A DNA stretch of 38,128 bases, taken from NCBI GenBank assembly GCA_964350265.1, contig CAYGJZ010000012.1, forward strand, positions 23,156 to 61,283. The letters run 5' to 3'. The notes under the pieces were generated by a model, which was not told the origin of the DNA, ran no database searches, and worked only from the letters and a program-made list of their open reading frames with translations. Shown piece by piece: positions 12,839 to 20,934 of this stretch (position 1 is its first letter; the number at the start of each line of letters is the position of its first letter). The DNA comes from an uncultured Gammaproteobacteria bacterium (GTDB lineage: Bacteria > Pseudomonadota > Gammaproteobacteria > Arenicellales > CAJQKF01). A program made the translations under genes and the position numbers.

Positions 12839-14250
12839 GCCGCCTCCTCCACCCGCCCGTAGCGGTCTTCCAGTCGCACGATGTCGTCCTCGCCAAGGTA
12901 GTCGCCGGTCTGCACCTCGACCACCTCCAGCGGATCATCGCCGTGGTTGGCCAGCTTGTGGGTCATGCCGACGGGGATGTAGACCGACTCGTTGGCGGCC
13001 AGGGTCAGGGTCTCCTCGCCACGGCGCACGCTGGCGACACCGCGCACCACCACCCAGTGCTCGGCCCGGTGATGGTGGTACTGCAGCGAGATCTCCGCCC
13101 CGGGATTGACCACCAGTCGCTTGACCTGGAAGCCCTCGCCGCGGTCGATGGACTCGAAGGAGCCCCACGGACGGTAGACCCGGGGATGCTGTTCCACCTC
13201 GCCACGCTGCTCGCTGCGCAACTGCGCGACCACCTCGCGCACCCCCTGTGCCGCGTCCAGCGAGGCCACGTAGGTCACGTCGCGGGTGTCGATGATGGCG
13301 ACGTTGTCGAGCTGGTTGGCCACCACCAGCCGCTCGCCGGCGATGACGCAGGAATTGGTCACTCCCGACAGCCGCACGTCGCCGCTGGCGACGTTGCCGT
13401 CGGCATCGTGCTCGGAGACCTGCCACACCCCCTTCCACGAACCGACGTCGCACCAGCCGGCATCCAGCGGCACCACCATGGCCCGGTCGGTACGCTCCAT
13501 CACCGCGTAGTCGATGCTGGTGTCGGTGCAGCGGTCGAAGTGCGCCGCGTCGAGAAACACCGACTCGAAGGCTTCGCGGGCCTCGTGCACGGCATCGCGG
13601 GCATGGCCGGAGATGCCCGGCTCGAAGTGTTCCAGCGCAGCCAGGTAGTGATGCGCATCGAACAGGAACATGCCGCTGTTCCAGAAGAAGTCGCCGGACT
13701 CTAGATAGCCCCTGGCGGTCTCGACATCGGGCTTCTCCACGAAGCGGCGCACCGGGCGCACCGCGCCGCTCCCCGTGGCCTGGATATAGCCGTAGCCGGT
13801 TTCCGGCGCATCCGGCGTAACGCCGAAGGTGACGAAGCCACCTTCCCTGGCCGCGTCCATCGCCGCCGACACCGCCTCGGCAAAGCGCCCGGGGGCCTTG
13901 ATGACATGATCGGAGGGCAGCACCAGCAGCAGGCTCGGCAGCTGGTGCTCGATGACGTAGTGCGCCGCCGCCGCCAGTGCCGGGGCGGTGTTGCGCCCAC
14001 GGGGTTCGAGCAGCAGGCGGAAGTCGTCCACCCGCTGGCGACGGAACTGCTCGGCGGTGAGAAAGCGGAACTCCTCGTTGCAGATCGCCACCGGGATGCC
14101 GGTGCCGTCGATGCGGTGCAGCCGGGCGATGGTTTCCTCCAGCAAGGTGCCCTCGCCCACCAGGCGGTGGAACTGCTTCGGGTAGAGGGCGCGGGACAGC
14201 GGCCACAGCCGCGTGCCCGAGCCTCCGCACAGGATCACCGGGGTGATCAT
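12817..14250 (-). CDS. manC: Mannose-1-phosphate guanylyltransferase / mannose-6-phosphate isomerase
   Basis: PVILCGGSGTRLWPLSR..PKQF, EP.GRNTAPA, FVEKP, WNSGMF, SIDYAVME, cupin RPWG...SLQYHHHRAEHW; true start ATG 14250 (ATGA overlap). Confidence 0.96.
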   Translation of the reverse strand: MITPVILCGGSGTRLWPLSRALYPKQFHRLVGEGTLLEETIARLHRIDGTGIPVAICNEEFRFLTAEQFRRQRVDDFRLLLEPRGRNTAPALAAAAHYVIEHQLPSLLLVLPSDHVIKAPGRFAEAVSAAMDAAREGGFVTFGVTPDAPETGYGYIQATGSGAVRPVRRFVEKPDVETARGYLESGDFFWNSGMFLFDAHHYLAALEHFEPGISGHARDAVHEAREAFESVFLDAAHFDRCTDTSIDYAVMERTDRAMVVPLDAGWCDVGSWKGVWQVSEHDADGNVASGDVRLSGVTNSCVIAGERLVVANQLDNVAIIDTRDVTYVASLDAAQGVREVVAQLRSEQRGEVEQHPRVYRPWGSFESIDRGEGFQVKRLVVNPGAEISLQYHHHRAEHWVVVRGVASVRRGEETLTLAANESVYIPVGMTHKLANHGDDPLEVVEVQTGDYLGEDDIVRLEDRYGRVEEAACPATTD

Positions 14251-16142
14251 GCCCCCGCCTCGCCGCCGGCCAGGGCATCGGGGTTGCGATCGGCGTGGTA
14301 CTCCGGCACCAGTTGCCGCACCAGGTGCTCCATGCCGTCGCTGTCGAAGCGCTCCGCGCACTTGTCCAGGGCGTCGCAGGTCAGCGCCACGCTGTCCAGC
14401 GAGATGCTGCGGCTCTTCGCCAGCAGGATCTTCTCGTAGCCGGTATCGGTAAGCTGTTCTTCGTCGTGGAACAACTGCTCGTGCAGCTTCTCGCCATCGC
14501 GCAGGCCGATGTACTCGATGCGGATATCGCGGTCGGGCTCCTTGCCGGACAATTGGATCATCTGCCGGGCCAGGTAGGCGATGTTGATCGGGTCGCCCAT
14601 GTTCAGCACGTAGATCTCGCCGCCACTGCCGATGGTGGCGGCCTGCAGGATGAGCTGGCAGGCCTCGCGGATGCTCATGAAGTAGCGGGTCACGTCGGGG
14701 TGGGTGACGGTGACCGGGCCACCTTCCTCGATCTGCCGCTGGAACAACGGCACCACGCTGCCCGCGGAGCCGAGCACGTTGCCGAAGCGCACCGTGATCA
14801 TGCGTGTATCCGAGTGCCGGCTCAACGACTGGCAGTAGATTTCCGCGACCCGCTTGCTGGCCCCCATCATCGAGGTCGGATTGACCGCCTTGTCGGTGGA
14901 GATGAGCACGAACCAGCCGACGCCGAAGCGGTGCGCGGCATCGGCCACGTTGCGCGTGCCGAAGACGTTGTTGCGCACGGTTTCGCGCACCTGCTCCTCG
15001 AGCAACGGCACGTGCTTGTAGGCGGCGGCGTGAAAGACCACTTCCGGCGCACGCGACTCGATGGTGCGGAACACCGCGGCACGGTCGCGCACGTCCACCA
15101 GGCAGGGCACGATGTCCAGGTCCGGGTAGCGTCCGTTCAGCTCGAAGGCGATGGAGTACAGGTTGAACTCGCTCTGGTCGAGGATGACCAGTTGCCGCGG
15201 TTCCAGGCGGGCCACCTGGCGACACAGTTCGCTGCCGATGGAGCCACCGCCGCCGGTGACCAGGATGGTGCGGCCAGCAAGGTTCTCGCGGATGGCATTC
15301 CAGTCCAGCGACACCTGCTTGCGCCCGAGCAGGTCGTCGATTTCCACCTTGCGCAGGTCGGTGGAGCTGATGTGGTCGGACATCATCTCGTAGATGCGCG
15401 GCAGGATGCGGTAGGGCGCACCGGACTTGTCGCACCAGTGCACGATGTGCTGCATCTGTTCGGCGGTAGCGGTGGGCACGGCGATGATCACCAGGTCGAT
15501 GCCGAGCCGCCCCACCAGCAGCGGCAGCGTGGTGGAATCCCCCATCACCCGTACGCCCTGCAGTTCCTTGCCGCGCTTGTCCGGGTCGTCGTCGACGAAG
15601 GCCACCGGGTCGTAGACCCGCGGATGGGCGCGATGCAGGTCGCGTACCAGCAACTCGCCGGCAATGCCCGCACCGACGATCAGCACCTTGCGCTCGGCGG
15701 TACTGGCAATGTGCCGGTCCTTGACCAGGCGGTAGAGCAGTCTTGGCGTGGTCACCAGGATCATCAGCAGCATGCCGTGCAGCAGGAACACGCTGCGCGG
15801 CACCAGCGCAAGCCGGGTGGCGAAGAAGATGGCGATGGCCAACAGCGCGGTGCCGACCACCACCGACTTGATCAGGGCAATGATGTCGTGCAGCGAGATG
15901 AACCGCCACAGGCCGCGATGCACGCCGAAGAACAGGAAGGTGGCAAAGTGGATGGACAGCACCAGCGGGATCAGCGAGATCGCCTCGCGCAGGAACATCG
16001 GCGGGATGGTGTCCAGGTTGAAGCGCACCCAGTAGGCGAACAGCCAGGCCAGCGGGATCATCACGGCATCGTGGATGAGCACCTTCCAGCGATTGCGCAG
16101 ACGACCGAGGAACTCGCCGCGACGTGGTTGCGGATCGCTCAT
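14247..16142 (-). CDS. Membrane-bound nucleoside-diphosphate sugar 4,6-dehydratase (WbpM/CapD/PglF type)
   Basis: Four N-terminal TMs, IVGAG, VTGGGGSIGSEL, FHAAAYKHVP, ISTDKAVNP..MGASK, RFGNVLGS.GSVVP; start ATG 16142. Confidence 0.93.
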   Translation of the reverse strand: MSDPQPRRGEFLGRLRNRWKVLIHDAVMIPLAWLFAYWVRFNLDTIPPMFLREAISLIPLVLSIHFATFLFFGVHRGLWRFISLHDIIALIKSVVVGTALLAIAIFFATRLALVPRSVFLLHGMLLMILVTTPRLLYRLVKDRHIASTAERKVLIVGAGIAGELLVRDLHRAHPRVYDPVAFVDDDPDKRGKELQGVRVMGDSTTLPLLVGRLGIDLVIIAVPTATAEQMQHIVHWCDKSGAPYRILPRIYEMMSDHISSTDLRKVEIDDLLGRKQVSLDWNAIRENLAGRTILVTGGGGSIGSELCRQVARLEPRQLVILDQSEFNLYSIAFELNGRYPDLDIVPCLVDVRDRAAVFRTIESRAPEVVFHAAAYKHVPLLEEQVRETVRNNVFGTRNVADAAHRFGVGWFVLISTDKAVNPTSMMGASKRVAEIYCQSLSRHSDTRMITVRFGNVLGSAGSVVPLFQRQIEEGGPVTVTHPDVTRYFMSIREACQLILQAATIGSGGEIYVLNMGDPINIAYLARQMIQLSGKEPDRDIRIEYIGLRDGEKLHEQLFHDEEQLTDTGYEKILLAKSRSISLDSVALTCDALDKCAERFDSDGMEHLVRQLVPEYHADRNPDALAGGEAGA

Positions 16143-17149
16143 CCGCGCGACTCCGCCGCCGGCGCCGGACTGCGCCGTTCCACCCACAGGGCGGGCGCGG
16201 CGAGCAGCAGCACCGACACCGCCAACACCACCGCGGCCGGGGTATCCGTGTACACCAGCAGGGAAGCCAGCAGGGCCAGCAGCAGGTTGATGACCATGAT
16301 CACGGCAACGATGCGGCGCTGGTCGACGCCGGCCGTGCTGGCGCGCTGGTAGAAGTGTTCGCGGTGCGACTGCCACCACCTGGCCCGTCGTGCCATGCGC
16401 CGCAGCAGGGTAACGCTGGCGTCGGCGATGAACACGCCCATCAGCACGAGGAAGGCCGCCACCGGGAGCTGGTAGCGCACCACCCCGGCCACCGCCAGCA
16501 CCGCGATCAGCATGCCCAGGGAAAGGCTGCCGGCATCGCCCATGAAGACCCGTGCCGGATGCCAGTTGAAGCAGGCAAAGCCGGCGCTGGCGGCGGCCAC
16601 CAGCACGGCGAACAGTGCCGCCGCGCCGCCGCCGGCATCGGCCAGCCACAGCGCGCTCACCGACAGCACCAGCACCGCCTGGCCGGCGGCCAGGCCATCC
16701 ATGCCGTCCATGAAGTTAAACAGGTTCGTTGTCCAGACCATCGCCACCACGATCAACGCCAGCCACGCCGCGAGCCAGGGCAGCCCGCCAACGCCGGACA
16801 ATAGCATGAAGGCACTGGCCGAGGCGGTGACCACCTGCAGGGCGAGCCGAAGGATGATGCGCAGGCCGAAGCGGTCATCGGCGAAGCCCAGAAGCGCCAT
16901 CGTGACGAAGGGCAGCAGCGCCCAGGGCACCAGCGTGTCGGCCAGCGACAGGGACCACGCCACGGCGAAACTGGCCAGCGCCGCGAGGACGATGGCGATG
17001 CCGCCGCCGCGGGGCACCACGTGGCGGTGCAGGCTGCGTTCGTTGGGCACGTCCGCGGGCAGGCCGAAGCCAGTGCGCAGCATCAGCCACAGCAGCACCA
17101 CCGCCAGCGTGAAGGCCATGCCGATGACCAGGGCAATCGGCCACCTCAT
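16139..17149 (-). CDS. MraY/WecA-family polyprenyl-phosphate HexNAc-1-phosphate transferase (WbpL-like)
   Basis: Polytopic; DVPNERSLH..PRGGG, GFADD, NLFNFMDGMDGL, FMGDAGS, H.EHFYQR. Confidence 0.92.
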   Translation of the reverse strand: MRWPIALVIGMAFTLAVVLLWLMLRTGFGLPADVPNERSLHRHVVPRGGGIAIVLAALASFAVAWSLSLADTLVPWALLPFVTMALLGFADDRFGLRIILRLALQVVTASASAFMLLSGVGGLPWLAAWLALIVVAMVWTTNLFNFMDGMDGLAAGQAVLVLSVSALWLADAGGGAAALFAVLVAAASAGFACFNWHPARVFMGDAGSLSLGMLIAVLAVAGVVRYQLPVAAFLVLMGVFIADASVTLLRRMARRARWWQSHREHFYQRASTAGVDQRRIVAVIMVINLLLALLASLLVYTDTPAAVVLAVSVLLLAAPALWVERRSPAPAAESRG

Positions 17150-17181
17150 CGATCTGCGCCGACGGTGGCGAAGGCGGGCAC
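17146..17181 (-). other. Spacer mini-ORF (MPAFATVGADR*) bridging the GT2-SDR gene and the WbpL-like gene
   Basis: GTG 4 nt after the upstream TGA; its TGA overlaps the next ATG (ATGA). The sequence arrangement is certain; translation is unproven. Confidence 0.35.
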
Positions 17182-17185
17182 GGGC

Positions 17186-18952
17186 TCACGGCCTGAACCC
17201 CCGTGGGGAAAAGTCAAAGTCGTTGTGCGCCGGGGCAATGTCAAAAACGAGGTCCTGTTCCAGGCGGTCTACCATGGCCGGCGTCAGGAAGCCGAGCCCC
17301 GGCAGTCTTCCCGCCAGCGCCAGCATCCCGCGCAATACGCCGGCGGGAAGCTTCACGAACGCCGGACGACGGGACTCCGCCGCGAAGATGCGCTCGATCA
17401 TTTCTTTGAATTCAATAACTTCCGAACCCGCGAGGTCGTATAGTCTACCAAATGTGGCGGGCCGATCGAGCACCGCGAGGCAACTTTCGGCGACGTCGAG
17501 GGCATGCACCGGCTGGCGACGACCACGTCCCTCGCCCACCAGCGGAAACACGCCGAGGCGCACCAGGCGGGCCATGAAGGCGACATTGGTGTTGTTGCGG
17601 TTGCCGTAGATCATGCTCGGCCGCAGCACGGTCCACTCGGCCCCGGCCCGGGCGGCCAGTGCACGCACCCGTGCCTCGCCTTCGGCCAGTCGCGCCACCT
17701 GCGCGCGTTCCTTGGCCGAACGGCTGTGCTGCTTGATCCGCACGCTGGTGGAACCCAGCGCCACCAGCCGTCGCGGGCGCAGGCCACGCACCGCATCGGC
17801 GAAGTCGTCCAGCACCCAGATCGGCGCCAGCTGCAGCCAGCCGCCGATGCCCTGGATGCCCGCCGCCGCCAGCATCCCCGGCAGTTCCGGCCGCACCCAC
17901 CAGGTCCGGCCCTGCAACTGGCCGGCGCGTTGGCCCCGGGTCACCGCCAGCAGTGGCCGGTCGGCCAGCGGCAGCAGGAAGTCCCCCACCTGGGAACTCG
18001 CCCCGGTGACCACCAGCCAGTCCGCCGGCGGCGCCTGCAGCCAGCGGTCGAGGTCGTCGAGCACCTGTCGAGGATCCGCCGCCGGGGATGCCGGCTGTCG
18101 TCGTCCGCGCAGGGCGCCGACGAGCCGGGCCAGGCGGCCCTGCAGGCCGGCCAGGGCCGCCACCAGCGGCAGCGATCCCGGCGGCAGACCGCGGCGGTGG
18201 AACTTGCCGAGGTAGCGCACCAGGCCGTCGTCCTTGTGTTCCCGCACCACCCCGGCATCGGTGGCGCCGGAGGCGGATTTCAGGTGCACCGCCAGCGCGC
18301 GGGGCTCGAACAGCACCGCCCTGCCCCGGTCGCGCAGGCGTCGGCACAGGTCAAGGTCCTCGAAGTGCAGGAAGTAGTCCGCGTCGAATCCGCCGATGGC
18401 CTGAAGATCGGCACGACGGGCCAGCAGGAAGGCGCCGGACACCGCGTCCACCGGCGTCGCAGCGGATGGTCGGGCCTGGTGGGTCAGGTCGATGCCGTTG
18501 TCCTTGCCGCGCAACCACGACGGCAACATGCGCCGGACCACCCGAGCGGGGGTGGGTTCCCGCCGGCGGCAACCGCGCTGCTCGCTGCCGTCGAGATTGA
18601 CCACCAGCCCGCCCACCAGGCCGCTGCCGCTGGACCCGGCCAGGGTGTCGAGCAGCCGGTCCACGGCGCCGGGCAGAACGATGCAGTCGGGGTTCAGCAC
18701 CAGTACCGCCTCGCCGCGGGCCACCGCCAGGCCGGCATTGACGGCGGTGGCGAAGCCGAGGTTGTCGCGGTGGCGGATCACCGGTTGCTCGAGCAACCCG
18801 TCGAGGCCGTCCAGGCTGTGATCGGTGGAGGCATTGTCGACCACGATGCGTTCGCACCGTGCCCGGTTGCGTGCCACCGCGCGCAGGCAGGCGGCCAGCA
18901 TCGGCCCGGCATTGTAGTTGACCACCACCACGCTGACGTCAATGTCCGTCAC
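17186..18952 (-). CDS. Fusion: GT2 glycosyltransferase (WbbL-like) + atypical SDR/NAD-dependent epimerase-like domain
   Basis: N-half VVVNYN, VVDNAS.D, NLGFA.AVN, LNPD, VSGAFL, GGFD..YFLHFEDLD; C-half VTGASSQVG, STS, LRPSMIYG, RQPVH..DVA, DF.FSPR.F. Single uninterrupted frame. Confidence 0.88.
   Translation of the reverse strand: MTDIDVSVVVVNYNAGPMLAACLRAVARNRARCERIVVDNASTDHSLDGLDGLLEQPVIRHRDNLGFATAVNAGLAVARGEAVLVLNPDCIVLPGAVDRLLDTLAGSSGSGLVGGLVVNLDGSEQRGCRRREPTPARVVRRMLPSWLRGKDNGIDLTHQARPSAATPVDAVSGAFLLARRADLQAIGGFDADYFLHFEDLDLCRRLRDRGRAVLFEPRALAVHLKSASGATDAGVVREHKDDGLVRYLGKFHRRGLPPGSLPLVAALAGLQGRLARLVGALRGRRQPASPAADPRQVLDDLDRWLQAPPADWLVVTGASSQVGDFLLPLADRPLLAVTRGQRAGQLQGRTWWVRPELPGMLAAAGIQGIGGWLQLAPIWVLDDFADAVRGLRPRRLVALGSTSVRIKQHSRSAKERAQVARLAEGEARVRALAARAGAEWTVLRPSMIYGNRNNTNVAFMARLVRLGVFPLVGEGRGRRQPVHALDVAESCLAVLDRPATFGRLYDLAGSEVIEFKEMIERIFAAESRRPAFVKLPAGVLRGMLALAGRLPGLGFLTPAMVDRLEQDLVFDIAPAHNDFDFSPRGFRP
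17442..17450 (-). promoter_or_regulatory. Candidate internal extended -10 promoter (TGgTAGACT) upstream of the WbpL/WbpM/manC genes
   Basis: Lies in an AT-rich patch with atypical codons inside an otherwise GC3-rich CDS. Confidence 0.35.
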
Positions 18953-19913
18953 GACGCCCCCGGTACGGTGTCAGCAGGCCGTGGCGCATGGCGTCGACCA
19001 GCGCGCGGGCCGGTACCGTGCGCAGGCTGCGCTCGAGCCGGCGACGGGCGATGGCCCGGGGCAGCCCGGCCAGCGCATCGCGCTTGGCGCGCAGGATGAC
19101 CCGGCCCTGTCCGCGCAGGGCGAACAGCACGATGGTCACCAGGTTGAGCAGCAGGTGCTCGGGCAGGTAGCGCCACAGGTAGGCGCCGGGCATGTTCTTG
19201 ACGAAGGTCCAGACCAGGTTGCGATGGCCGTGGTAGGTGGTGAAGTCGCTGCGCCGGCCGGTGGTGGCCGAGCCGGCATGACGCACCACCGCCCCGGGCA
19301 CGTACCAGGCACGGGCGCCGCGGGCGCGCAGGCGGAAGCCGAGGTCGATGTCCTCGGAATAGCAGAAGTAGTCTTCGTCGAAGCCGCCGACGTCGGTCAC
19401 GCCCTTGAAGGGATACAGGGCAGCGGCGGCGCAGGGCGAGAAGATCTCCCCCTCGGCGCGCGCGGTGGTGGCCGGCAGGCCGTGGTCGCGGCGCCAGTAC
19501 AGCCCGCTGACGTGGTAGACGTCAGCGGTGCCGTCCAGCGGTGCGTCGTCGTCGTAGCCGAGCATGCGGCAGCCGAAACTGTCGCCATCGCCGTGGCGCT
19601 CGGCGGCCGCAAGCAACTGCGCCAGCCAGTCCGGTTCCGGCACCGTGTCGGGATTGAGCAGGGCCAGGCGGTCGAAGCCCGACAGGTGGGAAATGCCGAT
19701 GTTGTTGGCCCGCGCAAAGCCGGTGTTCACCGCCAGCGGCAGCAACTGCATCCAGCGCGGCCGGCCGGCCATCGCGTCGAGGCTGTCGTCGTCGCTGGCA
19801 TTGTCCACCACCAGCACCCGTTCCGGTGGCCGGACCTGGCGCTCCAGGGCATCCAGGCAACGGGCCAGGTAGGCGCCGGCGTTGTAGTTGACGATGACGA
19901 TGGCGACGCGCAT
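18939..19913 (-). CDS. GT2 glycosyltransferase (rhamnosyltransferase-like)
   Basis: IVIVNYN, VVDNASDD, NTGFA.ANN, LLNPD, GGFDEDYFCYSEDIDLGFR; GGGAG Shine-Dalgarno before ATG 19913. Confidence 0.9.
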   Translation of the reverse strand: MRVAIVIVNYNAGAYLARCLDALERQVRPPERVLVVDNASDDDSLDAMAGRPRWMQLLPLAVNTGFARANNIGISHLSGFDRLALLNPDTVPEPDWLAQLLAAAERHGDGDSFGCRMLGYDDDAPLDGTADVYHVSGLYWRRDHGLPATTARAEGEIFSPCAAAALYPFKGVTDVGGFDEDYFCYSEDIDLGFRLRARGARAWYVPGAVVRHAGSATTGRRSDFTTYHGHRNLVWTFVKNMPGAYLWRYLPEHLLLNLVTIVLFALRGQGRVILRAKRDALAGLPRAIARRRLERSLRTVPARALVDAMRHGLLTPYRGRRDGH

Positions 19914-19935
19914 GCCGTTGCCCGTCTCCCGCGCG

Positions 19936-20934
19936 CTAGCCGTGCTCCGCGCCGGAGTCGAGCACCTCGCGGATGGCATAGATCGGCTTGCCCTGGGACT
20001 CGTAGTAGGTGCGTGTCTGCATCTCGGCGAGCAGGCCCACGGTGATGAACTGCAGGCCGATGAAGATCAGCAGGATGGCGAACAGCAGGATCGGCCGGTC
20101 ACCCAGCGCCCGGTCCAGCACCAGTCGCTCGAACACCAGCCACAGCGCCATCAGCATGCCCAGCGCACCGGAAAGCAGTCCCAGCGAGCCGAACAGCTGG
20201 ATCGGGCGACCGGCGTAGCCGAGCAGGAACTTGACCGTCATCAGGTCGAGGATGACGCGGAAGGTGCGCGAGATGCCGTACTTGGAGGTGCCGGCCACGC
20301 GCGGGCGGTGATTCACCTTCATCTCGGCGATGCGTACCCCGGCCCAGCTGGCAATGGCCGGGATGAAGCGGTGCATTTCCCCGTACAGGCGAATCTGGCG
20401 CGCGGTTTCCGTCCACATGACCTTCAGCGTGCAGCCGTAGTCGTGCAGCTTCACGTCGGTGCTGTAGGAGATGATGCCGTTGGCAATCTTCGACGGCAGA
20501 AGGCGCAGCCAGTAGCCGTCCTGGCGCTGGTGACGCCAGCCGCAGACCATGTCGTAGCCCTCGTTCAGCCGCGCCATCATCGCCGGGATGTCGCGCGGAT
20601 CGTTCTGGCGGTCGGCATCGAGGGTGGCGATGCAGCGGCCGCGGGCCAGGTCGAAGCCGGCCGCCATGGCGGCGGTCTGGCCGAAGTTGCGGCGGAACAC
20701 CACCACGCGCACCCGGGCATCGTGCTCGGCAATGGTGCGCAGCCGCGCCAGCGAGTCGTCGGTGCTGCCGTCGTCGACGAACAGGATCTCGAAGTCGATG
20801 TCCGGCAGTGCCTCGACGATTTCCCGGTACAACGGCTCGAGATTGTCCTCCTCGTTGTAGACCGGCAGCACCACCGACAACTCGGGTGCAGCGTCGGCGG
20901 CGTGGGGTTTCGCAATTGGCATGTCATTGTTCAT
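19936..20934 (-). CDS. GT2 polyprenyl-phosphate glycosyltransferase (GtrB/ArnC/DPM-like)
   Basis: LSVVLPVYNE, FVDDGSTD, RNFGQTAA, LDADRQNDP, HDYGC, GEMHRFIP, two C-terminal TMs; start ATG 20934 or 20922. Confidence 0.92.
   Translation of the reverse strand: MNNDMPIAKPHAADAAPELSVVLPVYNEEDNLEPLYREIVEALPDIDFEILFVDDGSTDDSLARLRTIAEHDARVRVVVFRRNFGQTAAMAAGFDLARGRCIATLDADRQNDPRDIPAMMARLNEGYDMVCGWRHQRQDGYWLRLLPSKIANGIISYSTDVKLHDYGCTLKVMWTETARQIRLYGEMHRFIPAIASWAGVRIAEMKVNHRPRVAGTSKYGISRTFRVILDLMTVKFLLGYAGRPIQLFGSLGLLSGALGMLMALWLVFERLVLDRALGDRPILLFAILLIFIGLQFITVGLLAEMQTRTYYESQGKPIYAIREVLDSGAEHG

Noticed and set aside
14251-15909. 1030-aa ORF suggesting a giant ManC fusion
   Set aside because: The upstream portion is an alternative frame of the WbpM-like gene with low-complexity Arg/Pro/Gly composition; ManC starts at 14250.
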